From Nageia nagi (lineage: Eukaryota; Plantae; Pinophyta), in the NCBI GenBank assembly GCA_050084985.1, contig JBITNC010000001.1, positions 100,688,001-100,752,000 of the forward strand: a DNA stretch of 64,000 bases. The letters are read 5' to 3'. Position 1 is the first letter of the stretch; every line of letters begins with the position of its first letter. This document shows, in pieces, positions 1 through 13,200 of the stretch. The position numbers and the translations under genes are program-made. Under the pieces are notes generated by a model. It searched no databases. It worked only from the letters and a program-made list of their open reading frames with translations, and had not been told where the DNA came from.

Positions 1-357
1 TTTTTGTGGGTATGATGTTTTGACTTGTTTGGGGGTGGGAGGCTCTTGTGGGTTCCACCTGCTTTCTCATCTATTCCTTTTTTGTTTTTTAAATGTGATT
101 TTTTTTAGAAGTTTTGGGGCTGCCCAGCCATAGGGGACGACTAGATGTCTTTGGGATGGGTTGGGAATCCTCATATTAGGGATGTATCGAGATGGCCCAA
201 CACTCTCGAGGATGGTCCCAACACTCTCGAGGATGCTCACCTGCCCCTCTTGAAAGGTGACAATGGGGAAATATCCCCTTTGACATCTCCCATCTAGGCG
301 ACATGTAGGGGATGGGTATGCGTTTCAGGGCTGGGGATGCATCCTTGTGTAACCCTG
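1..357. mobile_element. Right end of a hAT-family DNA transposon (in the intron upstream of the first visible exon)
   Basis: Ends GCATCCTTGTGTAACCCTG, resembling the termini at 20115 (GCATCCCTGTGGAATCCTG) and 30336 (TTCACGTAACCCTG). Its subterminal sequence (GGCTGCCCA..GACTAGATGTC) resembles 19862-20115. Confidence 0.65.
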
Positions 358-1056
358 ATTTTTTTTGAATTGGAACCGGATCCTCTTGGATCATCAAGAT
401 TTTGGATAAAGTCATTGGAGATGCAACACTCCTTATTAGGTGGTTCCATCAATTGTACTAATTGCAATATTATGACTTTTTTGTACTTTTTATTTTTCCT
501 TGTTTTACATTTCTAGAGGATTCGTATGTAGCCATGTAGATGCTTAATAATTTGTTTGTGTAACTTTCAAAATATTTGCATGATCAAAATTGAAATACAA
601 CTTCTAACATAAGGTAACAAAAATGAGCCAGCCAAAGATTGGTGATGCGACAAGTTACATCTTAGAGATTTCTTAGCATACTAAAGCATCTACAAGCCAT
701 AAGTGATACAATGCCATGGCACAAAAAAGAAGTATTTAGAGAGAAGATCTACAAACCTGTCCATGAGAATTTGTTTTAGATTTTTCTTTTATCTATTTTT
801 TTGAATTCTCATACGGGTGATTTATACTATATTTCTCCCAGTCTATTTTATATCCTTGGTTTTGTTTAAGTATCTGTCATGTTTTCTTTTCATCTCTTTG
901 GCAGGAGGCCAATATGGTTGTTTGAACTATCTAGTTTCAAAATGGAGGACATATAATATTATGTTTTGATTTGTGCTGTATTTGCAATTCTGTATTATTT
1001 TAATTGTACTGGATGATATTTGTTCCTTATTGGACATCAATGTGCTTTCATTTCAG

Positions 1057-1209
1057 GTTTGGGATCGTGAAAAGATTGTTCTGATCCCAGATCACTATAT
1101 ATTTACCGATGATGAGCGTGCAAATCGAAATGTGGATATATTAAGGGACTTTGCTCAGGAGCAGAATATCAAGTACTTTTATGATATCAAAGATCGTAGT
1201 GACTTCAAG
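1057..1209 (+). CDS. IIL1: IPMI large subunit exon (VWDREK...RSDFK)
   Basis: tttcag|GTTTGG ... TTCAAG|gtatgc; 153 nt. Confidence 0.95.
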
Positions 1210-4200
1210 GTATGCTTTGCAAGAATGCCTTTCTCCCATCCTCACACTTTTATTAAATTTCAAGCACTAGCATAAGATTTCTTCTATGATATGGTTAGAG
1301 GTTTGTCTTTAGACATGGGCCAGTCTGGCACCATTGTTTTGTCATGCTATATGTTCTCCCTTGGAGGACCTGTAGGAAGCACTTTCTAATAAATAATATT
1401 TGTTTGTTTATTTTTTCGCTTGACTTGGATTTTATACTTTACACCTGCAGGCAAATCCAGATTATAAGGGAGTTTGTCATATTGCTCTTGCTCAAGAAGG
1501 CCATTGTCGACCTGGTGAGGTAATATTAATTTTTATATTCAAGAATCTGTTCTTCTAATTTCTTATAGAATGGTAGCAAAGAGATTGCTCATACCTTTTT
1601 CCTTTCCTTTAGGTTCTTTTTGGGACAGATTCACATACATGCAATGCTGGTGCATTTGGGCAGTTTGCAACTGGTATTGGAAATACTGATGCAGGATTTA
1701 TAATGGGCACTGGAAAATTATTAGTAAAGGTAGCTGCTTCTACAAGCTTTTCATGAATTTCTTTCACTGACAAATGCTAGTAGTTACTCTGGAGTGGTGT
1801 CTAATAGGGGTGGTGCTCAAAACAATTAAAGAATATTTGGTATGCAACGTACCAAGCAAATTAAACAGCTAAATCCATGATGTTGACATTATTTTGACAC
1901 ACCACATGGCATGGCAGACTTTTTATTAAATATGAACTCAAGTCAGATTACATGAAACATGAAATAAATTCTATATTCTTTTGGTCATAATCTTTTTTGC
2001 TGGTAGGATAAACTATGACAAGGTCATAATTCATAAAGACTCACAAACATTGCTATCTCCTTATTTTGATTGCACCGTTATTGCATTGCAACTGTCATTG
2101 TAGCTTATTGGTGTGCCCCATTATCTTGCACAAGTTAGCGTTATGTACTATTATCTACTATTGAAACATACTATCTACATAGAGATAATTTATTGTTACA
2201 AGAAAAATTTAATGACATCTTCTCCCTCTCCTAATTTTTACACTGCCTTTGAAGTAGGAAGGTCTTTCAATTAGAAACCTGAAAAATCTTTAACTTACAA
2301 TAGTTGACCTACTTATATACCATAGTACCATCCAATTTTTCAAGTTTGTACGTTCCATTATCATGTATTGCTACCATCCAGTATGGTCTACTCCACTTTG
2401 GTAACAATTTATTGTATTTCCTATTATGATACCTGGAATTTTATACCATGACTAGGTCATTAACCTTGAATGGAGACCATTTCAATTTCTTATCAAAATA
2501 TTCCTTTTGCTTGATTTTCCTCTTTTTGAATAGTTTCATTAGCTGTTTGGCGCATCTCTTCTAATTGTTGAAGTTGCATCAATCTATCACCAAAAGATCC
2601 TCCTTCATTCCTTATTTTCCTAATATAGTTTTTAAAGTTGAAACACTAAATTCTATAGGCAAAATAAGATCAATTCCATATGCTAAACAGAAGGCAGAAT
2701 ACCCAATTGATGTCTTTAATGTAGCTCTATATGCCCCCATAGTGTTGCATGAATCTTTTTATCTCATGTATGTACTTGCAATGTTGCATCCTTAGCAAGG
2801 ATTTGACATAAGACTTGATAAGTCTGTTCTATCTAACTAGTACTTGGTTTGTAAGCGGTTGCCTTTCTATGCTTGATTGCAAAACGACTTGTCAAACCTT
2901 CTACTACCTCATCGATGAAGTGAATGCCTTATTTGTCACATTCTCCAATGGACATTCTAATCTTTTCACAATGTGCTCATACAAAAATCTTCCTACCCCC
3001 TAAATTGATGCTTCCTTCAATGGTCTTGCTTCTACCCATTTAGTCAAATAATCTATAGCCACAACAATATATTTATTTCTCCTTGGTGTAGGAGGGAGTG
3101 GTCCTACAATATCAATTCCCCATTTCTGAAATTGTCATAAGGGAAGAATTTGACATAATGATGCAGATGTTGTTCTACGATTTTCATAAGATTGACAAAC
3201 ATCACAACTTTTATAATAATTCAAACAATATTTAAAAAGAGTGGGCTAGTTATAACCTGCATCCAATAGTCTTGTTGTCATTGCGCGGAAATATGTCATC
3301 CACATATGCCATCTTTCATCTCACTTTATAATTCTTTCCCTTCATCTCATCCAATGGCATGAGGATATTTTCCATCTGTTCCAACTTTGTATAACACCCC
3401 ATTCACAAGTGTATAGGGTCTATCCACCTGAGTACTTTTCCTTTTTATCTTGGATGTTGCTCTCTTTGGAAATTTGAATTCACTCAAGTAATTGCAAATA
3501 TCAATGTACTCATTTGGAATCGTCTCCATAGAAAACAAAATTGCATTGGGAAAATCATCATCATCACAAGAACATCCAATATCGTCAATTCATCAACATT
3601 GATATGCTTCTTGCCTAGTCTGTCCATAATATCAAACTCATATTCTTGTAATAGGAGTATCCACCTTGCAATCCTTCTCGTAGAATTAGGCTTATTAATG
3701 ATATACTTCAAAGCTTGATGATCAATAATCATGGTGAACTTTTGTCCCAACAAGCAATTTTTAAATTTCTTCAAAACAAAAATTATAGCTAAAGCTTCTT
3801 TTAAAGTAACTATATAATTTACGTCAACACTACTCATTTGTTGACTTCCAAAATGGATAGGATGATAATTTCTATCTTCATCTTTTTGGCTAAGTGTGCT
3901 ACCTAGTTTCTTATCTGATGCATCAATGTAAACTTACTCCAATCAATATTTTTCAAAATATGTGTTGTTACCAAAGCTTGTTTCAGCTTTTCAAATGCTT
4001 CCCTTGCTTCTTTTCTTGTTTTATATGACATATCCTTCTTCAAACATCGAGTCAATGGTTGAGCAATTTTGGAGAAGTTCTTGATAAGTCTCTTGCCTCA
4101 AGAATGATCTTAATTTGCTCTTATTCCTTGGGAATGGAAGCTCCTCAATCTTAACCACTTTCTTTAGATCTGTTTCAATACCACTCTTGGATAAAACATG

Positions 4201-7200
4201 TCCCAAAAGTACTCCCTCAAGCATCCAAAAATATTTTTGGATGGATTCAATGATGCTCTTGCTTCTTGCAATCTTTTACAAGCCTTCTCAATTTGCCTAA
4301 ATGATTTTCCTTCCTTTCATATATACATAAATCATCTAGAAAAACATTAATGAATGTTTTAATATAGGGCTCAAAATTTTTATTTATGAGTCTCTGAATG
4401 TAGCAAGAGCATTTACACAACCCAAAGGGCATTACTCAGTAAGCAAAGGTACCCCATAGAGTGGTGAAAGTTGTCTTCAATTGATCTTTCTCTCCTATTT
4501 GAACTTGGTGTTTATATATCCATTGACCATTATAAGTTATAACAATATGCAAAATTTTAACAATCATATGTTGCCACTTCATCCAAAATTTGTTCTGAAA
4601 AATGAAGAGGATAATGATCTTTCGTTGTAAATTTATTCAACTTTCGATAATCCATACATATTCTTACCTTCCCATTCTTATTTCTAGATACCACAGTAGG
4701 AGAAATCCATTTTGAATTATCTACAGGAAAGAATCTTGCATTTAAGAGCTTATCTATTTCTTTGTTAACACTTTTAGAGAAATTTTGATTCATCGTATAG
4801 GGTATTTGTCTAATGGGCTTAGTATTCTCCATCAATTCAATTGAATGTTCTATCATGTTACTTGTTGTAACTTCTTATAATCAAAAGTGAAAACATAGAT
4901 ATACATTCAAGAAAGTTGAAAATACTCTTATCATTTTCTTCAATAGTATCCTCAAATAGTAGTTGTTGCATACGATGCTCCACTTCTTCCTTTGTAAATT
5001 GCTTAGCAGATTTAATAGGTGGAGTTGGCAATATATCCATCATTGAGACGTCAACATCCTCCTCATCTTCAATATCTACATCAATGATAATGTATAGCAT
5101 GAAGATGTCCACTCTTTGCTCTTAGAATTTGATGTATTTGAAATATCACTTAAGGGATCCATTGGAATTTTCATTTTATCTCGTCCAATTGTCATGTACC
5201 CCTCATTCCATTAGTTACAAGCATGTGCTCATCTTAACCATGGTCTTCCCAAGAGCATGGGATAAGCTACTAAATCATGCTTCATAACTTGGAAATCTGC
5301 CAAACAACTAACTCCAACAACATAAATAACAACATTTGAAACAACTCTTTTAGGTTTTGTTTTTCTCTTATTTAATGACCTCAATAGACTCATAATTAAT
5401 TTTTAACCGCAACATATTCATAATAAAAATTGTCATAATATTTACAATAGCACCTCCATCTACTAATACATTAGGAATAGGGATGCCATTACACAGAACC
5501 TAAGCTTGGGGAGCTAATGGATCCACTTCCGCTTCGAGGATAGGAACATTCGTTTGTTTCTTCTTTCGCGCATTGAGTACACTTCACAACTCTCTTTCTG
5601 AGAAGATAATGCCAACAATTGACCATATGTAATATTAGCAGGATGCGAAGATAGATCCTCCAATATTGAATAAGGTACTTGGCCTTAGGATATTGGAAAG
5701 TCTTGAAAACCTAGTCGTCTTCTCCTTCTTCTTCCCTTATCCACTTTTGCCTTCCAAGTTTTTCATTCTTCATTTACACACTCGTTCGCATGCTTTGTGG
5801 CAAGAACATCAACTTCTTTCACAAATTCCACCACATTTACAGTTGCCTTGCCATTTTCATCCTTTGTTCTTGAAGTTGATGTCTTGCTTGAGTAATTAGT
5901 CTTATAGTGCCCTTTGTTCCCACATCCATAGCATGTGATATTTGCTACATTCTTTCTAAGATAATTATTCCTACAATTCTTTATGGATTAGAGATTTGGA
6001 GTCCTAGGTCTAGACCCTTTTGAGTGGTCATGTATTGAGAGGGTTCATACCAATATGATTCAACGGATGATCTGCTACAAACGCACGATTCCACAATGCC
6101 TTGTTCAGAGTGAGTTTGTTGCTGAACCACTTCGTCTTGAGAGCATCTTCATGCTCGCTTCTTTTTTTTATAGACTCAGGCAATTAGGTGATTCAATTTC
6201 AGGTAGAGAAAGATACCCATATCTTGCTCTATGCTCTTTAGAGAAGCTTGCATCATTAGACGCTATTGGACGTAGACGGTGTTGGTATATCTAGGTTGGT
6301 TTGCTCCATTGCTTGCTTCCCTTCATTCAGCTCTCCATTGACCACCACTCCTTGCCTTTGCTCCTCGAAGCCACAAATCCATAGATCTATCAAGGAGGAT
6401 ATTATCGTTGATACATTCAGGTCATTTGGGTCTCTACCCCACAACCTCTCAATCCTAAGCTGGCTTTCTATGTCGAGCATGTAACTATAGATTAGTGATG
6501 GTCTCATTTTCATGCTCACCTACCTTCAACACCGTTGTTCTCATGGCCTGAGGATCCTCCTTGACCAATTGTGAGTTTGCTCTCATTAGGTCAAAGTCGA
6601 GACAAACCACCATATTACTCAGCTAGATAGGACCTATTGGCTTTGCTCTCTACAGGAGTTTGAGAATGAGGAATACTTGATATTCAAATGCCCTATCTAC
6701 AATGAGATTCGTGGATGGTATTATTGCCTCTACAGGAGACCCGAGGCTCTCTATCCATTTTTTTCCATTATCCTGACCAAAGATGTCTAGCCCTCTTTTT
6801 GTGTGAGATCACTACCTTTAGTTGCAGAACTCCACAACGACACACAAAAATGCCCCATATTACTAAGCGGATCAACTCCTTTTTCGTGCCCACATCGCAT
6901 CCTCTGAGTAGGAAATGCCCTCGGACAACACCATTGAGCATACCCACAGGCTCAGATCGACATGACGATACCTAGCTTTTCAACGACATATTACCGGTTT
7001 CTTTTCTTCCATGGGTGATCCCTTGACCTTGGATGCTAAGAGAGACTTTCGAGCCTCACCTAGCCCGCTCGAGACACTCTATTCTTAGTGTGAACAACTC
7101 CACCATCACTCCCATCTCATGATAGATGATGAGGACCTTGTTCCACTCGAGTTTGTATAGTTTATATAGCTTTTTGCTTTTGTTTTTGTCAACCCCTAGG

Positions 7201-10200
7201 GTTTTAGCCCTAGTACTTTCTATTCTCATTTGCTTGTACTTTGAGTCCTATTGACCTATTCTTTTGGTCACTTGTGAACATTAACATATATTTCTATTTT
7301 CCCCCTTTGGGTCATTGTGGCAATATAAAATTCTTTCCTTGGAGAAGAGTAATAGCTAATTGTCCCATTTTATGAACCAAGTCATCATATTATGTTGAAA
7401 AGACAAAAAATGAGTGATGTACTTGATGTCGAAGGCTTTGTAGTAGCACTTGGTGATGGAGGAACTATCATTTCTTCAGGTTCTTCCTCCATACTTTTCT
7501 CTTGTCTATTCACTATCTCCTTAGCTTTTTCCATAGTGGTAGGTCATTCGTACATCACCCTTTGTTGAATATCTTGCCTCATCCTAGAGATGAAAAGCTT
7601 TAGCAACAACCTATCAATGCCTTCAATGAACCCATTACCTGGATTCTTCTTTTGAATTTGAGCCTTGATCTTTCTCCTCAATTCTTGTGATTGAGCATAA
7701 TAGTCTCTAATCTGCTCATTTGCTTCTTGGCCTAGGTTGGTGATCTCGATCATGAGGAGAGAGTGCTTTTCCCGTGGTTCAAACTCTTCAAGAAATCTCT
7801 CTCAAACTTGATTCCAAAAATTTTGCACTTACTTTAGCATCTTGTACCATTGATGAGCTGCTCCATCAAGATAGGAAGAAATTCTGCCCATCGTGCCTTC
7901 GTGGTCAATCCATTACAAATGCATGATCTCTTGAACTCTTGCAGAAATGCTTGAGCATCCTGATTGAGCAGTAAAGACAAGAATTTTACCCATGGTTACA
8001 AAAAGATTTTTGTAACTATAAAATTACCACTAATGTGGAATGGTTCTAGCAACAAAACCAAAAATGTCAACTATTCTAGCACATAATGTAGTGTCCCAAA
8101 ATTTTCTCAGCTTTGTACATATGGACATAATGTTTGTGTTGTGTGTTTTATCTCAATTTTGTTGTTTTGATGGCCATTTTTGATGAAATGGTTTATTATG
8201 GAAGTGAAGTTGGCATGTGAGGATAATGAAACACTTGAAGAGCCAACGTTGGGAGACCTAATGTGCAACATTGGGCAGGAATCTGATCTTTGAGCTTGGA
8301 CATTGGGTTTGGGGAACTGAATTGGAGAAAAAAGGGTGATGTCAGCCTCCTAGAGGCTATCTTTGCTGCCACGTTGGGTTGGGAGGCATTTGGCAAATGT
8401 TAGAAATATTTTATTAAGTTTTGGTGCTTGGCTAAACTAAAATAAGAGTTATTATTATTATTATTTCTTTTATTTCTTTGTTGTGTGGGTCCAAGTTAAT
8501 TTAAGTGACTTTAAGTGATCTCAACATGAGATTATATCATAGCCATTGGATTTTATGAGATTGAGAGCTAATTTCAATCCTCCAAAGCTTGATCTAAGGT
8601 TGATATTTATTCTCACTTTAGGGTTTGAGGATGAAAAGTGTTTTGAGGATTCATTTGTGATTATTGTGAATTTGGAGAATTGGGAAACTGGGAAATCTTT
8701 GCTCTTTGGACTCTTGCATTCTGCTAGGGTTTCTTTGGGGTTCCCATTGGAAATCATCCAATGGAGGCTTGAGGGCATCAGATCCCTGAGCTTTCTACCC
8801 ATCTGAGGACAGATCTGTTCAGGATCTGTATTTGTGCTTATATGTTTGAAGATCCAAGGGTTGAGACAATAGTTTTGGCATCAGATCAGTATGTTGGGGA
8901 TTTTGATGGATTCTTGGCCAATTAGGGAACAACATTGCAGTCACCTTTGCATCTAAGACTGGGACATAAGACTTGTGGTATTAAATTTGGTGTTTTGGGC
9001 ATCTAAACTTACTTTGTCTACCTGCCAGCAGTTCGTTTGGACCTGCATGTTAGTGATCTGCAGTTGGTAGCTGCATTATTGTCAGATCTGGGAAGGACTT
9101 GGTTGTAATCAATGCTTTTCAGAATGATGTCAGGGTTTAGAAGATCAAATTTGCAGATATTGAGGGTAGACGACTCAGCATTATGATCATTGGGAGATGC
9201 TTCTGTGCATAGAAATGAAGAACTAGTCAGGAAAGCTAGACGTTAGGCCCAGCTTGCCATTCTGAAGGAGTTAAACTCAGATTTTGTACTTCCCTGCCAG
9301 TCAAGCAGTCATTTGGAGGCTGTTTGGCTAATTTTGAGGGTGTTTATAGCAGCCCATATATTCTTGCTGTCATTAGTTAGTTGTTTGTTTGACTCAAGGG
9401 TTTTGTATGAGAAACAGAAAATAATAAAATTTTCAGAGACTATCATTTTCTTGTTATTTCTATTGCATTTGTGTTTGGTTGGTTTCACACAAAGAATTAC
9501 AATACCGAGCCTTCTTATTGCAATGATCTTTCGTCTCTATGCATTGCTTTAATTAGTGGTATTACAATTTAAGCTCTATGACTAGTACACTAATTTTACA
9601 ATGGAAGAATGATGCAATAATATTCTTGATGAAAGGGAAGATACAATTATAGGAAAAATTACAAGAAACTCTTGTCGGTATAACAATAATGGACTTGGTT
9701 ATCATGTGAGGAGCACCACCACTTGCTCAACTCAACAACCAATTCAACACAACCACTATCACAACTTCACAAAGAGATCTTTCTTTTTGTTAGAAGGTGA
9801 AGTCAATATCCAAATCTCTAATGTTCTTTCTATTTTTCTATAAAAGGGGAATGTGCCTTGGCATTGTACACATGCGAACTTATGAGATTAATAAAAGTAT
9901 CGAGCTGCCATTGCCTTGTGGTTTTTCCTTGCACACTGTAAGGTTTTCCATGTACAATATTTGTGTTATTTCTGATTTATCTTTATGCTATTTTGTTACA
10001 GTTTGCTTGTTGTTTTCCATCACTTACAACAAAACATTAACCTTCTCTTCACTTGAATAAATGATCATGAACACAATGTAACACTTTGACTTAAGACTTC
10101 TTCTCAACTCACTCACAACTTGTTCACATCTTCTTCTTCACTTAACTTGCTTTACATGCCCATGGCACTCTTATATATATAGGTTAAAGAAGGTATCTAG

Positions 10201-13200
10201 GTGTTTTCAACACTTAGGAATATCTTGAATTTAAAATACATTATATCTCCACCTTTAGAAATATCCAAACTACTTTTTTAAAAATATTCATTAGATGCCA
10301 CATGGATCTTTTGCCACATAACCCTTTCTAAAAACCTGTTTTTAAAGTCAATAACTACTTTCCATGTGATCACATCTTCTTATGCCACATAACCTTTTAG
10401 ATAATTCTAGATTGTATATTTTCTAGATATTACCCATAGATATTCCTTCCACTTACCATGACTTACTTTTACCATTAACCACGTACTACTGACTTTTACT
10501 ATCTACTGTTTTACTTTTAACTGAACTTCACCAACTTAAGATCATTGTTACATTGCCATCTCCTTATTGTGGCTGCATTGTTATTCTATTGTGATTGTCA
10601 CTGTAGCTTATTGATGGGCATCATTATCTTTCACAAGAAGCTCATGGTTAAGCACTATTGAAACATACTATCTACAAAGAGATAATATATATTACAGGAT
10701 AAATTTAATAACAACATGTCTTTGTACATAATAATTGGATCAACTAGAGCTTCTTTTTTACAATTTGTATCTTCTTCACAATAGTGCAGTTCTTCATCAA
10801 AAGTTCTAATTATTGATGCAATAGTCCACTTTGATGAAAGAGCCCACTTCGAAGAAACATGTATTTTTAAGTTTAAACTGTCTTCTTCATGAATGCAATG
10901 GCCGGTAAGACTGATGGATCTTTTCCTTTTGGGCAACTTCTACAATTGCCTATCCAACTACAAGTCTTGCATACGTGCCTGTACTGTTAATGATCCAAGT
11001 TCCAAAAAGTGAATTGCATGGATTTTCTTAAAACAAGTTGGATGCATGATTTGTGTCAGCAAAACCTTCACATGTTCTTTATGCTTGACTTCGGTAGGTT
11101 ATGATGGGCTTCGATTAAGTACTTATTTCTTCCAAGTCACTTTTTTCCTTTTTCAAGGGTTGGATTGCATCATGTAACTTGGGTCACTTTGCTTAATAGT
11201 CTTCTTCTGTTGTTGAGATTTCAGCTTCCATGTGCTCAATATGTTTGTGTATATGATACAATATCCAAGATTAATCCATCTCATATTATTCATGAATTCA
11301 CAAGGTGTAGAAGGAGACAATGAAACCATTAGTTTGCACATAAAAAGCAATTGTGGTAGTCGTATGTTAAGAGTTTTTTGGCTTATGTAAATATTTGAGA
11401 AAAGATGTAAACTTGTTCCATGGAATCATGCCATACATTCTTATTTCGAACTAAGTGTACTAGAAAATGAACAAGCATGAATGGTAATGAAGTAGTCTAT
11501 CCTCTTAGTGATTGCAAGGTTGCCACCAGACAAACTATTTGTGTTGACTACAACATTGGTTAGTTTGGTTAAGTCAGAAGTCATATGAAGAAAAAATTCT
11601 GCAACACTTCCAAATGTAGAATGCAAAACCAATTACTACCCCACTTCGTCCATACATTAGATTGTCTTCTGAAAAGAGTTTTAGCACAAAAGAAGAGAAG
11701 ACAAGGATGTCTCATGTATCGAACTCATTGTCAGTAGGAAGCCTCATGTTCACCATGGTGGGCACTAGATCGGACATTACTGAAGCATTGAGAGTTGTCA
11801 GCCGGTTTATGGGGAATCTTGGTAGGAAGCATAAGATTGTAGGGAAGTGGATATTTAGATACTTAAGGGGCACATCGGAAGTTGCTATTTACTATGAAGA
11901 GAAGTTTGATCTGTGCATAACTTCTCGTGGCTTGTTGAAAATGTAATGAAGGCAACATTGGGCAATTGCCACTTGGATGGAAAACATAGGCAAGGAATTC
12001 CTGTATATTGACTTCAAGTGGGAGAATGTTAGGAGGTGAAGCCAGTATCCAGATCTGTAATGTCCCAAAAAAGTGATGCCCTTTTTTCTCTAGTAGTTCA
12101 TAATGTTTAAATTAACACATGTGGAAATTAGATGCCCCTTTACAGTATTAGTAATATTCTTTAAGTTAATTAAGTGTTAGTTATGTTATTTTATAATAAA
12201 GGGGAGGTTTAATGAAGGATTAGATGAGTTTAGAAAGTGACATCCAGCTATAAATAAAGGAGGAATGTCCAGTTGTGTAATTATTGATGATACTTCTCTT
12301 GTTAATCATGTGGAGATAGCTGCTGGACCAGCAAGCTTCTCATTTCCCTTCTATGGACGAAAACCTACAAAAGAGGAGGATCATAGGACATAAAGCCTGT
12401 GGTTCTAAAGGCTTGAGGACGAAAACGCTTGAGTACCTCATTGGTGGATCCATTCAGGATTCACACTTAGGCATCTTGGTTGAAGATTTCAAGGCATCAT
12501 TCAAATTCAAATTTTAAGATCATATCAGAGTGGAGATCAGATTTGTGATGCTTTGGAGCATAAATCAGAGATCTGTGTTTCTTCTAGGCACCCTTTGTTG
12601 AGGATTTTGCATCCCCATTCGTGACATCCCTCTTCTAAGGTTGTTTTCAAGGGTTTGAAGTATTCCATTCACACCCATTTCAGATTTGTTGAGAATTTGC
12701 AGAGATCAGATCAGATCATGAGTTGGTGACCAGATCAGAGGGTTTTACATTAGATCAAGGGTTTGGCCCCATTTTTGGATACCCTTGGAGGTTGATTTGC
12801 ATTGTAGTTGAGGGTATTGCACCATTATTCAGGTGCACCATTTTTATTTTAGTGTTCTGTAGTAATTGTTGGTTGTATGTGTATTTTCCAGTAATTTGGC
12901 TAGGGTTTGTGCAGATTAGCATTTCTATACTCTAAATCTAGGGTTTTGTTGTATTGTAATCGATTCAACTTGGTTTTATGGAGTTTTGAGTACATTGTTT
13001 GAGTGTGATTTACACATTTAGTGCTCTTTGGAGTTACTGGGTGTTTAGATTTGGTTGTGATTTGCTATCTAAGGTTTGAAAATAATTGTGATTTGTAGTA
13101 TTTGGGGTTTTAGATTGAGTTGGGGTTTGTGATTCATATACACCTAAGGTTTTCAATATAAAGTTAAGCTAGGTATCTTACAAGATCTTCAATGTTCCAC

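Larger units (their letters stand above)
2048..10713 (-). mobile_element. Decayed Ty3/Gypsy LTR retrotransposon, Athila-like (non-chromovirus), in intron
   Basis: Gag ~7993-5880 (zinc knuckle CYGCGNKGH), protease ~5500-5150, RT ([18 protein letters not shown]), RNase H ([20 protein letters not shown]), integrase ([13 protein letters not shown]). The PPT GGAGAGGGAGAAGA abuts TG at 2217. LTR copies 2048-2217 and 10553-10713 align. A degenerate tRNA-Asp-type PBS (TTTTTGGTTTTGTTGCTAG) lies next to the LTR end at 8065. Confidence 0.88.

Noticed and set aside
973-1275. 100-aa ORF as a standalone (bacterial-type leuC) gene
   Set aside because: Only 1057-1209 is homologous; it is a GT-AG-bounded exon of a spliced plant gene.
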